A stretch of 64,000 nucleotides of DNA, taken from positions 27,919 to 91,918 of IMG/VR virus record IMGVR_UViG_3300048502_000142. One strand, 5' to 3'. This stretch comes from a virus (lineage: Duplodnaviria > Caudoviricetes). Under the pieces are notes generated by a model, which was not told the origin of the DNA, made no database searches, and saw only the letters and a list, made by a program, of their open reading frames with translations. The translations under genes were made by a program, and so were the position numbers. Shown here in pieces: positions 37,198 through 46,689 of the stretch; position 1 is the stretch's first letter, and every line of letters starts with the position of its first letter.

Positions 37198-38988
37198 TTA
37201 CTCCTGACCGACGTTGAAGTCGGTGGTCCTCTGCTTGCGCATCTGGAGCGTGTCGACCAGCTCGTTGCCGATCCGGCGCCCGTCGGACCCCGGCGGGACG
37301 TTAACGGAGATGTCCCCGCTCCACGTGTTGCTGTGGTCGTAGGTGACGTCGCCCCCGGCCGTGGTCGGCACGGGCTGGATCGATGCGAGGCTGGACGCGA
37401 GCGTCGCCATCTTCTGCGTGAAGGCTGGGTCTCCGGCGCGCTCGTAGTTCTCCATCGCCATACCGGCCCCGTACGCCGTGGACTGGGAGGCGATGCTGCG
37501 GCCGGCGGCGGCTTCGGGGTTCTTTAGCTCCCACTGCACGTACGCGAGCTGGTTGTCGAGGGAGTTCAGGCCGCCGGGCGCGTCCCTGAACATCGACGAG
37601 TAGCGCGCCCACCGCGTGCTATCCCACTGTCCGATGCCCGTGTGTCCCCCGGCGATGTCGTTGTGCGCAATCGTGTCGAGGCCGCTCTCGCCGTAGAGGC
37701 GCGCGGTGATCCCGGCGGCCTGCTCCCTCGTCCACTCGTTATTCATGAAGAAGCTCATCGCGTGGCCCACCTTGGAGCCGGGGGACGCGTCGGGGGCGAG
37801 CGCGGGCCCGTCGGCGCCTTTCGTCATAGGTACCGCGACCGACGGGGGCGCCGCGGGGACGAGGCCGAGCTGCCTATTTATCCACTTCCCTACGGCGGTG
37901 CCGGCGGTATAGGGGATTGTTACCGGGTAGGCGGCGCCGGCCGCGACGCCGACCGCCGCGTCGGCATGTCCCGTGAACCAGTCGACGATCGGCTTGAGCA
38001 GCGAATTGAGAGCGATAATGGCCGGGGCGAGATGGTCGATCACCGCGCGGGCGAGCGCGTCGAGGGACAGCTTCAGGGCACGCTCGGATACCTCGACGGC
38101 GTGGGCCGCTTTGGCGTCCTCCTCGGTAGCGGCGGCAACCTCCGCCATGCGACGCTGAAGGTCGCCCCAGCCGCCGGAGAGCACGTTGCTCATCTGCATC
38201 GGCATCCCAAACCGGGCGGCGAAGCCCGCGGCGGTGGCGTCGCCCTGGCTCTCCGCGGCCTCCCGCGCCGACCCCTGCGACAGCGCCCTCTGCACGGCCT
38301 CCTGCCGCTTCTCCGCCATCTTGTTGGAGATCTGCTCGATGATCTGCGGGACGACGTCCTCGTCCCGCATCCCATGCCAGCCCGGCAGGAACTGGATCCC
38401 CTGTCGCTGCATCTCGTCGATCGTCGACGTGGCCTGGCCGGCCGATGCGTAGCCGGCGCCGCGGAAGGCTTCGACCTGCTGGCGGAGGTTGACGAGGTAT
38501 CCCTGGGACTGCTCCTGGGGGAGGCCCGTCTCCTTGTAGACGGCACCGGCGAACCGGCTCATCCACGGCGTCGGCGTGCCCGCCCACTTGGCGGCGAAGC
38601 CGAGCTGCTCCGTGGACTTCGCGGTCTCCTTCAACTCGTTCACGGCCGCTGTCGCGGACTTGATCGCCGCGTAGGCAAGGAGGGCGCCGCGGGCGATCGT
38701 CATCATGCCTTCGCCGCCGGCTATCCCCGCCTTTTCGACGGCCTCTCCGGATCGACGACTCTCCGTCGCGACCCGCATCATCCCCTCCTTGATACCCTCG
38801 ATCGGGGACTGGATGAAGTCGAAGAACGACTTGAACTTCCGTCCGCTCTCCTTGTTCAGCCGGTCGGCCGTACTTTCTGCTGACTCCTGGAACTTGCGCA
38901 GCCCGTCGATGGCCTTTCGCTGCCCCTCGTTGAAGTTAGAGGGATCGAGCTTTAGTGCCACTATAAGTTCATCGATCACCGTGCTCAA
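37198..38988 (-). CDS. Tape measure protein with C-terminal phage tail-type lysozyme
   Basis: TVIDELIVALKLDPSNF start, Ala-rich helical body; QAAGITARLYGESG...GIGQW...RW...QLAYVQWEL...YERAG. Confidence 0.88.
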   Translation of the reverse strand: MSTVIDELIVALKLDPSNFNEGQRKAIDGLRKFQESAESTADRLNKESGRKFKSFFDFIQSPIEGIKEGMMRVATESRRSGEAVEKAGIAGGEGMMTIARGALLAYAAIKSATAAVNELKETAKSTEQLGFAAKWAGTPTPWMSRFAGAVYKETGLPQEQSQGYLVNLRQQVEAFRGAGYASAGQATSTIDEMQRQGIQFLPGWHGMRDEDVVPQIIEQISNKMAEKRQEAVQRALSQGSAREAAESQGDATAAGFAARFGMPMQMSNVLSGGWGDLQRRMAEVAAATEEDAKAAHAVEVSERALKLSLDALARAVIDHLAPAIIALNSLLKPIVDWFTGHADAAVGVAAGAAYPVTIPYTAGTAVGKWINRQLGLVPAAPPSVAVPMTKGADGPALAPDASPGSKVGHAMSFFMNNEWTREQAAGITARLYGESGLDTIAHNDIAGGHTGIGQWDSTRWARYSSMFRDAPGGLNSLDNQLAYVQWELKNPEAAAGRSIASQSTAYGAGMAMENYERAGDPAFTQKMATLASSLASIQPVPTTAGGDVTYDHSNTWSGDISVNVPPGSDGRRIGNELVDTLQMRKQRTTDFNVGQE

Positions 38989-38997
38989 TTTGGATCT

Positions 38998-39240
38998 CTA
39001 CTTGTCCTTCGCCCGGTCCATCGCGATCTTCTGGTTGTGCGCGTTGATCGAGGTGACCTCCAGCAGGTCGAAGAGGTCCTCGACTCCGTAGATCGTCTGG
39101 AGTTCGTGGAGCGTCGCGAGCGGTGGCGCGGCGCTTATGCAGACCCCGATGGCGAGGGGGACGTTGGGGTAGGGGACTGGGAGTTCGTCACCTTCGCCGC
39201 CGACCTCATGAACTCCCGAAGTGCGTCGGCCACGCAAAAA
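38998..39240 (-). CDS. Tail assembly chaperone extension (gpT-like, -1 frame)
   Basis: YPNVPLAIGVCIS...ATLHELQTIYGVEDLFDLLEV; lies in the -1 frame of the chaperone just after GGTTTTT. Confidence 0.7.
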   Translation of the reverse strand, partial: FLRGRRTSGVHEVGGEGDELPVPYPNVPLAIGVCISAAPPLATLHELQTIYGVEDLFDLLEVTSINAHNQKIAMDRAKDK

Positions 39241-39629
39241 CCGCTGTGCAGCTCGAACACCTTGTCGCGGAGCCAGAGGCGCGTCTGGACCTCCTCCACG
39301 TCGTAGTCGGTCACGGCGTGCGGCAGCGACTTGGGGTTCTTCGGGTCGGGCACGATCTGGACGCACGCCATCATGCGTTCTAACAGGGGTCGCGCCTTGA
39401 CGAAATCGACCTTCATGAGACCGTCGAGCCCGACGAGCGCCATGCCGGCCCACCCGTAGGAGATTACGCCGTCCGGGAGGTTCACGCCGGTCGACGCGAT
39501 CAGCGTGAGGGCCTCGATCGCCCACGCCTCTGCGTCGCTCGCGGCCATCTCGGTCAGGAGGAAGGTCTTCCCCGCGTCCCGATAGCCGGGACCGCCGAAG
39601 TCGACCTCGACCCGCTTCGTCTTCCTCAT
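39135..39629 (-). CDS. Tail assembly chaperone (gpG-like)
   Basis: MRKTKRV...RDAGKTFLLTEMAASDAEAWA...LLERMMACVQ...EEVQTRLWLR..VFELHSGF. Confidence 0.8.
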   Translation of the reverse strand: MRKTKRVEVDFGGPGYRDAGKTFLLTEMAASDAEAWAIEALTLIASTGVNLPDGVISYGWAGMALVGLDGLMKVDFVKARPLLERMMACVQIVPDPKNPKSLPHAVTDYDVEEVQTRLWLRDKVFELHSGFCVADALREFMRSAAKVTNSQSPTPTSPSPSGSA

Positions 39630-39787
39630 CGGACGGTCTTCGTCTTCGGCGACAGGCGACGCTTCGGTGGCGTTGTGATCGCGTGACCGCCCGTACCCTT
39701 GCAGGTCGGGCAGGCGGCGGCCTCGCGCTTCTTGCCCTGACGGACGACCCTCGTCCCCTTGCAGGTCGGGCAGATAATCTTGGGCAT
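39626..39787 (-). CDS. 53-aa DnaJ-type Zn-finger microprotein
   Basis: Not in ORF track. MPKIICPTCKGTRVVRQGKKREAAACPTCKGTGGHAITTPPKRRLSPKTKTVR*; GGAG SD; stop overlaps the chaperone ATG. Confidence 0.7.
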   Translation of the reverse strand: MPKIICPTCKGTRVVRQGKKREAAACPTCKGTGGHAITTPPKRRLSPKTKTVR

Positions 39788-39938
39788 CAGGAGCTCCGGG
39801 ATGTGTGCGGGATGTTGTCATTCTCGCTGAGGGTTCCCGCATCTCCTCAGATCATCGGAGCGCTACTCCGACACGCCTATAGCGACCCGTGGTATTTAGC
39901 CTCTCACACGGCCGAGGCATCCCTCTTATAGCAGGAAA

Positions 39939-40397
39939 TCAGAACGGCGCGTAGGAGATCGCGGGCGAGCCCGGCCCGTTCGGCAGCCAGTTGATGCGGT
40001 ACTCCCGGTTGCCGAGCACGCGCCGCGCCTCGGGCATGGAGCTGATCCGCATCAGCGCCCCCTGCTGCATCGTGTAGAGGCGCCCGACGCTCGGCAGCAG
40101 GATCGTGCCGGAGGCGGTTATCGCGTCGTTGATGGCGTCCTCGTAGGCGAGCCAGTTCTCGAAGATCGCCACGGACGGCGAGGACGCGAGGAACCGGATC
40201 GACATCGGCACCTCCCGCGGGCGGTAGCCGACGACGCCGTAGCCGTCCACACCGACCTGCGTCTCCGCCGCGTCGACCGTCTCGGCGACGAACGCGTCGT
40301 CGACGCCGAACCCGATTAGCGGGATGCCGCCCGGATAGATCGAGCCTACGGACAGGATGAACGTCGCGTTGGCGCTCGTGATGGTGTTGAAGGCCAT
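39939..40397 (-). CDS. Tail tube protein
   Basis: TITSANA...GFGVDDAF...ETQVGVDG...ASSPS..IFE; directly after the sheath gene. Confidence 0.85.
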   Translation of the reverse strand: MAFNTITSANATFILSVGSIYPGGIPLIGFGVDDAFVAETVDAAETQVGVDGYGVVGYRPREVPMSIRFLASSPSVAIFENWLAYEDAINDAITASGTILLPSVGRLYTMQQGALMRISSMPEARRVLGNREYRINWLPNGPGSPAISYAPF

Positions 40398-40424
40398 GGT
40401 CTAACCCCTTCCTCTGCGGGCGCC

Positions 40425-42476
40425 CTACTGCACGGTGATCGAGGCGATGTTGATGCTCTGGATACTTCCACCATCGACCCAGTAGAAGGTGATCGGCGGA
40501 GACGTGCGGAGGCCGCGGACCTGCGCCGTCGCCGGCTTGATCTGGAGGTACCAGCCGCGCTGCTGGAGCACCGAGGCCGCGTCCAGCCCGGTCGCCTGGT
40601 TGACAGCCTGGATCTGCGCATCGGATAGCGTGACGCCCGCGACGATCGCCCCGAAGTTCACGGCGGCGAGGATCGGGTCGAGGCACCAGCTGTGGACCTG
40701 CGCGTAGCCGGGGTTGGCGTAGGGGACCGAGTTCGCCGCGGCGAGCCCGACCATCACCGCCTCTTGCAGGGCGTTGTTCAGCCATATCTGGTCGGTGTAG
40801 GTGTCGTCCCAGGTGAACGGGCCGGAGACGAAGCCACGCTGCCACTCGTTGAACCCCTGGCTGCGGGTCGTGTAGTCGCCGTAGAAGTTGATGCCGTTGC
40901 CGAACGTCCCGGCCTGCGGGTCGCCCCCGAGGTAGTCGGCGACCTGCCCGTTAGTCACGTCCGCGAGGCCGCCCGCGTAGGACTTGAACGCCGCGGTCTG
41001 CCGGCCGTTCTGCGCGTCGAAGTTCAGGGACGCCGCCCAGCTCATCGAGAAGGCGGCCTTCTCGCCCGCCAGCGTCGTGATCGCCGGGTTCGTCCAGATC
41101 ATGACCGTGCCCGACAGGTCGGCCGAGTTGATCTCCGCGGACGAGGCCGACGCAGGGGACTCCGTCGTGTCGAGGACGTTCGTTTCCCACATGCAGTAGC
41201 GGTAGCCGTTCTTCTGGGCGTTGGTCCACCAGGCAAACGACGAACTCTCGTTCGTCGACTTGTCCGCGTCGGTCGGCTCCCACGTCGTCATGAAGCTGAC
41301 CCAGTTCTGCGTCTGCTGGAGGATCGCGTTCATAAACGTGGCCGGCGACGAGGCGGCGGCGCCCGCCGAACTCGTGGCACCCGTCGACTGCGTGAGGTTG
41401 AGCGACGTCGCGAGGGCACCCGTGGCGAAGGCGACGGACGACGCGCTCCCCTGAGTACCCGAGTGGATCTTGAACGCCGAGTGCTGCACGCTATAGACGA
41501 CCGGGGATGCGTAGGAGGTCACCGTCTCGTTGGACTCGGACGTGGCCGCGGTCGATAGGGTATAGGTGCCGGTGCCGCCCGTCCCCGTCCCGAACGCCGC
41601 GACGTAGGTGTTGGCCGTGAGGCCGGTGCCGGCCACGACGTCGCCGAGGGCGATCACGGGCGCGGGGGCGAAGGCGGAAACGGTCACGCCCGTCTCGGCG
41701 GTCGGCGCCTGGGACAGCGTATAGGTGCCGGCGCCGCCGGGCGCGCCGTCGCCCTCGTAGGACAGGATCGTCGTACCCGCGGTAAGGCCGGTGCCGGTCA
41801 CGACCTGGCCGATCGCGAGGTACCCCTCCGTCACGCTCTCGACAACCATCAGGTTGCCCGAGACCTGGAGGTTGGCGACGGCGACAGCCTGCTGCGGACC
41901 CTGGATCAGGGCGGACACCGTCATCGTCGTGCCCGACAGGGAGGCGGTGAACTCGCCCTTCTGGATACCGGAGAAGCGGGAGCCGAGGGTCGTGCCGAGC
42001 GCGACGCCGATCAGCTCCGCGGCGTTCGAGAAGCTCGTCGCGGTCGCGAGGTTCACCGTCGCGGTCACCGGCGCGTTGCCGTCGACGACGACCGAGATCG
42101 ACTCGTCGAGCGCCTGGAGCTGCCCGAGGGAGATGCCGGCGGCCGAGCCACCGAGCAGGTAGCCGGGCGTGGCGTACAGCGAGTATTGGGCGGCGAGCAG
42201 CCCGCTCGGCGTCACCGTCGCGTTCGTGGGGCCGGTGAAATAGACGGCACCGAGACCCGCCTCCTGCGAGGTGCCGCCGAAGTAGCCCTCGACGTCGGTC
42301 AGGTCGTCGAAGAGCACGACGACGCCGGACGGTAGCACCGGGTATCCGTTGCGGTCGAGGTTCGCGTCGACGATCAGCCCCCAGAACTGGAGGGGCGACC
42401 CCCCGGCCGGGAGGACCGACGGGACGACGTTAACCAGTTGGCTGGCGGGAATTGCCGGAGTCACATTTGACGGCAT
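40425..42476 (-). CDS. Tail sheath protein (DUF3383)
   Basis: IPASQLVNVVPSVL...QNWVSFMTTWEP...ASLNFD..NGR..AFK...QIWLNNALQ...WVDGGSIQ. Confidence 0.9.
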   Translation of the reverse strand: MPSNVTPAIPASQLVNVVPSVLPAGGSPLQFWGLIVDANLDRNGYPVLPSGVVVLFDDLTDVEGYFGGTSQEAGLGAVYFTGPTNATVTPSGLLAAQYSLYATPGYLLGGSAAGISLGQLQALDESISVVVDGNAPVTATVNLATATSFSNAAELIGVALGTTLGSRFSGIQKGEFTASLSGTTMTVSALIQGPQQAVAVANLQVSGNLMVVESVTEGYLAIGQVVTGTGLTAGTTILSYEGDGAPGGAGTYTLSQAPTAETGVTVSAFAPAPVIALGDVVAGTGLTANTYVAAFGTGTGGTGTYTLSTAATSESNETVTSYASPVVYSVQHSAFKIHSGTQGSASSVAFATGALATSLNLTQSTGATSSAGAAASSPATFMNAILQQTQNWVSFMTTWEPTDADKSTNESSSFAWWTNAQKNGYRYCMWETNVLDTTESPASASSAEINSADLSGTVMIWTNPAITTLAGEKAAFSMSWAASLNFDAQNGRQTAAFKSYAGGLADVTNGQVADYLGGDPQAGTFGNGINFYGDYTTRSQGFNEWQRGFVSGPFTWDDTYTDQIWLNNALQEAVMVGLAAANSVPYANPGYAQVHSWCLDPILAAVNFGAIVAGVTLSDAQIQAVNQATGLDAASVLQQRGWYLQIKPATAQVRGLRTSPPITFYWVDGGSIQSINIASITVQ

Positions 42477-42736
42477 CGTATGTACCCTCGGTTAGAGAGG
42501 AGTGCTGATCGTTGCGTGATGCAGAGGAAGTGAAGAGAGCGGCGTGTCGCTCGATGAATACCGGGCAGTGCGCCCCGATTTGCCTCTCCCACTCGTGCCT
42601 CGGTCAGGTCGGGAGCTGCCCGAGCGCGGCCGACGTGTGGACGGAGGAGGCGGTCAAGCACGAGTTCCTGCGGCGCCCGACCGGCCCGCTCCTGCCGCAC
42701 TTCGCGGTCGACGCTCACTAGGAGGCGCAGATCGAT

Positions 42737-43576
42737 CTACGAACTGGAAGGCGGCGGCGCGTAGATTACACCGACCTGCTGGAGCGCAACCCTCGCCTCG
42801 TCGAAGAACATCTGGGGTGTGCGGACCTCGATCACGACGTTGAGGTCCGCCTCCAAGACCCAGCGCCACTCGACCTCCTGCTCTGCGTTCTCGAAGGGTT
42901 GCAGCCCACGAGACACGATGTTTAGCGGCGCGATGCCGTCGTACTGGGAGGCGAAGAAGTCGACCCCGACTTCGGATCGGAAGAGCGCGTCGAGCACGTT
43001 GGAATTGTTCGGCGAGTTCGGCCCGTGCAGGTCGACCTGCACCTTCCACTCCTGGCTCACGACGTCGCTGCGGTAGCCCGCGTAGAGCGTCCCGGAGGGA
43101 AGCGTCTGCGCCACCGTCACCCGGTAGGTACCGACGCCGCCGGGCTGCCCCGTGAGTTGCGCCGCGATCGCCGTCCCCTGCGCGATCCTCCCGTCCGGGT
43201 AGCCGCGGTCGGTGAGCAGCATCCCGACCGGGACTGCTCCACGCGACACGTCCGTGACCGCGAGCACGTCGGCCGCGATCGAACCGACCAGGACGGCGTC
43301 GTAGAACGACGTTTCGTTGTATTCGAGCCGGTCCTGGGACGTCGAGGTGATAACTGCGAAGTCACCCTCGATCGGCTCCGGCACCCGCACGTTCGACCCG
43401 GGCTCCGTCGCGCCGAGCGCGCGGACGACATCGATCGGATAGGGGGTGCAATAGGCTTGAATAAAATTGCCTAGCGCCTCCATCACCTGCGCCTCGATGA
43501 GGTTGACGACGACGCCCGGCGGGGGAGCCGTCGCGGGTGTCGGCTGCGGAGGTAAGCAGGGAGGCTTCGGAGGCAT
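42737..43576 (-). CDS. Neck/tail terminator protein
   Basis: NVRVPEP...VQVDLHG...LFRS...PFENAEQEVEWRW; upstream of the sheath gene. Confidence 0.75.
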   Translation of the reverse strand: MPPKPPCLPPQPTPATAPPPGVVVNLIEAQVMEALGNFIQAYCTPYPIDVVRALGATEPGSNVRVPEPIEGDFAVITSTSQDRLEYNETSFYDAVLVGSIAADVLAVTDVSRGAVPVGMLLTDRGYPDGRIAQGTAIAAQLTGQPGGVGTYRVTVAQTLPSGTLYAGYRSDVVSQEWKVQVDLHGPNSPNNSNVLDALFRSEVGVDFFASQYDGIAPLNIVSRGLQPFENAEQEVEWRWVLEADLNVVIEVRTPQMFFDEARVALQQVGVIYAPPPSSS

Positions 43577-43791
43577 CGATTTCTGGCCGGGAAATCTCGG
43601 CGCCTAGAGGGGTCTAGGTCGTTCGGGGTAGGGTAGACCCGGAATTATCCGGGGGAGGACCGTAGGCCCCCGCCGTCCCTTGCTGCGGCGGCATTGTCCT
43701 AGGCTGCCGCCGCCCTGGGGAGACGCACACGGAGGTCGGTTCCTCCGTCCCACGCACCCCGTATACGCGCGGGGCGACGACGGCGCAAGGG

Positions 43792-44223
43792 CTAGGTCGA
43801 GATCTCGTAGACGTTCGCGACCACGCGGAAGCCGGCCCCCACGAGCGCCTTCGCCGCGTGGACGTTCTGCAGCGTCAGTGTCGTCCGGACCCTGACACCC
43901 TCGCCGATCGCGCGGACCAGCTCCTCCAGCATGTGCCGGAGGATTCCGCGGCGGCGGTACTCGGGGTGGACGAAGGCGACGCCGATCGAGGCGCCGTAGA
44001 TCGGATCGACCGAGTACGTAATGATTCCGACGACGTGGTCGGAGTCGCCGAGCGACACCCTGGCGACGATAGCGGAGTCCGAGACGAGGAAGGCCGGCTG
44101 CGTCGGGTCGAACTGTTGCACCTCGATGAGCGCGGCGAGCGCGGTTACCGCGACGCCGTAGACCGGGGTTCCCCCCATCCTCGGGACGTTGACCGTCTCT
44201 AGCCTCAGGTCTCCCTCGGACAT
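43792..44223 (-). CDS. GNAT-family acetyltransferase
   Basis: AFVHPEYRRRGI acetyl-CoA motif A; N..A.K....AGF motif B. Confidence 0.8.
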   Translation of the reverse strand: MSEGDLRLETVNVPRMGGTPVYGVAVTALAALIEVQQFDPTQPAFLVSDSAIVARVSLGDSDHVVGIITYSVDPIYGASIGVAFVHPEYRRRGILRHMLEELVRAIGEGVRVRTTLTLQNVHAAKALVGAGFRVVANVYEIST

Positions 44224-44224
44224 C

Positions 44225-44626
44225 TCACCCCTCGCTCGTCGGATTCTGCAACACCGCGATGACGGAGCACCACCCGGTCTCGCCGTCCACCCCGTGCCCG
44301 TAGTCCTCGGTTACGACCGCGACCTTCCACTCGCTGCGGTCGGGGAAGACGATCAGGTCGTTGCCCTTACGCAGGCTGCGGATCATGCCGCTGTGCGCGC
44401 CCCACAGGTAGATTTTCCGCTTGGTCCCCTGGAGCCCGATGTTGGCGACGAGCCGGATGTCGTCCGACGACATGCCCTGGATCTGGGCGTTCATCGGAGA
44501 TGACGTGTATGTAGGGGTCCGCGAGAAGTCCGGGTTCTTGACGGTTCCCGTGTTCGTCTTCAGCGTCACCGGATGCATCGGGTTGACCGCGGCGACGACC
44601 GGCGCAACGACCGTGTGCAGGTTCAT
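44225..44626 (-). CDS. Head-tail adaptor/closure protein
   Basis: MNLHTVV...VNP...AQIQGMS..D...GLQGT.RKIYL.G...KGNDLIVF...W.V..V.E...W. Confidence 0.78.
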   Translation of the reverse strand: MNLHTVVAPVVAAVNPMHPVTLKTNTGTVKNPDFSRTPTYTSSPMNAQIQGMSSDDIRLVANIGLQGTKRKIYLWGAHSGMIRSLRKGNDLIVFPDRSEWKVAVVTEDYGHGVDGETGWCSVIAVLQNPTSEG

Positions 44627-44722
44627 GTCACATCCCCGCCATCTTCTTGGCGAAGCGCCGCCAGGCGCACAGGGCGGCGGCGAGCTCGAGGAAGCCGACC
44701 GGCAGCAGGAGGAGCCACCAGC

Positions 44723-45055
44723 TCACAGCAGTGCCGGCAGCACGATCGGCACGACGACCTTGGCGACGGAGAGCACGTCGGCGAGCCACTGCGGCGGCGT
44801 GTCGGACGGGAGGGAGGCGGAGACGGTACCGTCGGCGTTGCACGAGGCCGCGGCGTAAGACAGTGTGATAGCATCGGCCGATCCCGCTGGCGGAGGCACG
44901 ATCGACGGCGCGGCCTTGGCGTAGGCTTGGCAGAGCGTCGCGAGCGTAGCCTGCGAGGTGGCGACCTGTTGCGTCGTGCAAGCGGCTATCAGCACGATCG
45001 CCGCCGTGCCGAAGAGGCCGAGATAGCCGAAACGCTTTTCCCAACGTGGCATCAC
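44723..45055 (-). CDS. Lipoprotein (possible spanin component)
   Basis: Signal with lipobox LIAA-C; adjacent to lysis genes. Confidence 0.6.
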   Translation of the reverse strand: MMPRWEKRFGYLGLFGTAAIVLIAACTTQQVATSQATLATLCQAYAKAAPSIVPPPAGSADAITLSYAAASCNADGTVSASLPSDTPPQWLADVLSVAKVVVPIVLPALL

Positions 45056-45246
45056 ACTTCCTTCCTGATCGGCCCTATGGCCAATATCACGATGTCTAGC
45101 CCATCACCGCAATCTACGTTCACTGTACGGCCGGGTTCCACGTAGCGATGTACGACGCGGACGGATGTGGCAGCGCTTCGCCGCGTGCGCTGCTGCACCT
45201 CGACCGCTCCCATCTCCGGGGTTATGGAGACGGTGACGATAGGCAT
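45052..45246 (-). CDS. Hypothetical protein
   Basis: MPIVTVSITPEMG...; fits between neighbours. Confidence 0.5.
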   Translation of the reverse strand: MPIVTVSITPEMGAVEVQQRTRRSAATSVRVVHRYVEPGRTVNVDCGDGLDIVILAIGPIRKEV

Positions 45247-45248
45247 CC

Positions 45249-45527
45249 CTACGCTCCCGGGGAACGATCCGGAGGTACCTCGGATGCCGCCTGGGCGACG
45301 AGTGCGATGACGGCATTCGGGTCGGACGGTGCGGCCCGAGCCAGGAGCAGTGCGCGCGCCGCCTGCTTCTTCTGATACCACGACCACACGGCGGGCGCGA
45401 TCGACGTGGCGGCACCCGCGATCAGCTCCCAATCTGACGCCGTAACGAGATGGCTATGCGCGATCAACAGGCCGCCGATGCATGCCAGGACCGCGCGGAA
45501 GATGCCGAGGAATTGGTCCTGCGCCAT
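45249..45527 (-). CDS. Holin
   Basis: Two hydrophobic segments, WSWYQKK; next to the endolysin. Confidence 0.72.
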   Translation of the reverse strand: MAQDQFLGIFRAVLACIGGLLIAHSHLVTASDWELIAGAATSIAPAVWSWYQKKQAARALLLARAAPSDPNAVIALVAQAASEVPPDRSPGA

Positions 45528-45584
45528 GGCGCAACGTCCTTGAGAAAGAGGTCGGCGACGACTAGCCAGAGCCGCCAGATTACG

Positions 45585-45758
45585 TCAGTACCACCCGTAG
45601 CCGTAGTGACCGACCCCGCCGAATAGGGCAAGGACCAGGATCACGAGGAGGATCAGGCCCAGCGGGTTCGCCCCGAGGCCGCCGAAGCCCGCCCCGTAGG
45701 CGTGCCAGCCCCAGCCGCCGCCGAAGAGCAGGACGATAAGGATAATGAGCAAGAGCAT
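45585..45758 (-). CDS. DUF3309-like small membrane protein
   Basis: Not in ORF track. MLLLIILIVLLFGGGWGWHAYGAGFGGLGANPLGLILLVILVLALFGGVGHYGYGWY*. Confidence 0.72.
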   Translation of the reverse strand: MLLLIILIVLLFGGGWGWHAYGAGFGGLGANPLGLILLVILVLALFGGVGHYGYGWY

Positions 45759-45770
45759 TTCAAGGACTCC

Positions 45771-46397
45771 CTACGCCGCCGCCGGGAGGTCCGGGACGGG
45801 AACCGTGAACTGGGTCGGGTCGCCGCCCTGCGCGAGGTAGTCAAGTGCGTTATAGCCGCGCGTGTTGCGATTGACCGGCGCAGGTTCGCCCTCCATCGTG
45901 CACTCGTCGCGAGCCGTCGCCCAGTCGCCGTTGTTGATAGCGGCCGTAAAGTGGGGAAAGATGGGCGGGTAGCCCGGCCCCATCCCCCAGGCGAGGGACA
46001 TGACCGCCCATCGCGCATTCGGCGGCAGCGTCGGGAGGTCAGGGAAGTAGCGCATCAGCACCTGCGCGTTCGAGTCGTACTTGGCTGCGACGAGTGACGC
46101 CTCTGACGGCGGCGACAGGCGGAGAGACGTGACCGTCTGAGCGTAGAGAGCGCCCCGGCGCCCCATCTCGACGTTGCCGTTGACCATGTTCCACTCGGCG
46201 ACAATGGCGTCCTGCGTCGCCGGCTGACCCGTCCTCGCGTCGATCCACGGCAGCGTCAGCGCAACGTCGAGCGGCACGTAGTCGCCCTCGCCGGTCGTGA
46301 CGAGCGGCGGGACGTGGGTATCGGCGTACATCCAATACTCCACGCCCTCTAGGTCGGAATTCGTGTTAATCCATGTATCACGGACGATATCGCTCAT
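45771..46397 (-). CDS. Endolysin, lysozyme (GH24-like)
   Basis: EGVEYWMYADT....VTTGEG catalytic E/D/T pattern; FPHFTAAINNGDWATARDEC; start MSDIVRD. Confidence 0.8.
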   Translation of the reverse strand: MSDIVRDTWINTNSDLEGVEYWMYADTHVPPLVTTGEGDYVPLDVALTLPWIDARTGQPATQDAIVAEWNMVNGNVEMGRRGALYAQTVTSLRLSPPSEASLVAAKYDSNAQVLMRYFPDLPTLPPNARWAVMSLAWGMGPGYPPIFPHFTAAINNGDWATARDECTMEGEPAPVNRNTRGYNALDYLAQGGDPTQFTVPVPDLPAAA

Positions 46398-46453
46398 ATC
46401 CGAATACCCATACAAAGTGGGGTGTTGAGATTTGGCGGGGCATTGCTTATCCC

Positions 46454-46666
46454 TCACACATGCCGCATCAATAGCGTGATCAGCATCCCAATCGTAGTGC
46501 CCATCCCCGTGACCATAATCCCAACGAGCCACGCCCACCTGGATGCGCAGGTCGCCTCGTGATCATTGATGCGCTGCATCGCCTGCCTTGCAATCTGCAT
46601 CGCGAGCGCCGCCTCGGTAGCCGTAGAGCGATGCTCATGCTGTTCGTATACGGTTTCGGCTGGCAT
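46454..46666 (-). CDS. Small membrane protein
   Basis: HEATCASRW followed by a C-terminal TM helix. Confidence 0.55.
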   Translation of the reverse strand: MPAETVYEQHEHRSTATEAALAMQIARQAMQRINDHEATCASRWAWLVGIMVTGMGTTIGMLITLLMRHV

Positions 46667-46689
46667 CGGTTCCCTCGCAGGCCCTAGTG

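Noticed and set aside
39838-39852. CUGAGGA on the minus strand as a hammerhead ribozyme core
   Set aside because: No correctly placed GAAA and stem II/III follow; kept only as a generic structured-RNA candidate.
42480-42720. ORF or RNA between the neck and sheath genes
   Set aside because: Candidate ORFs on both strands look non-protein-like and I could not define convincing stems; left uncalled.
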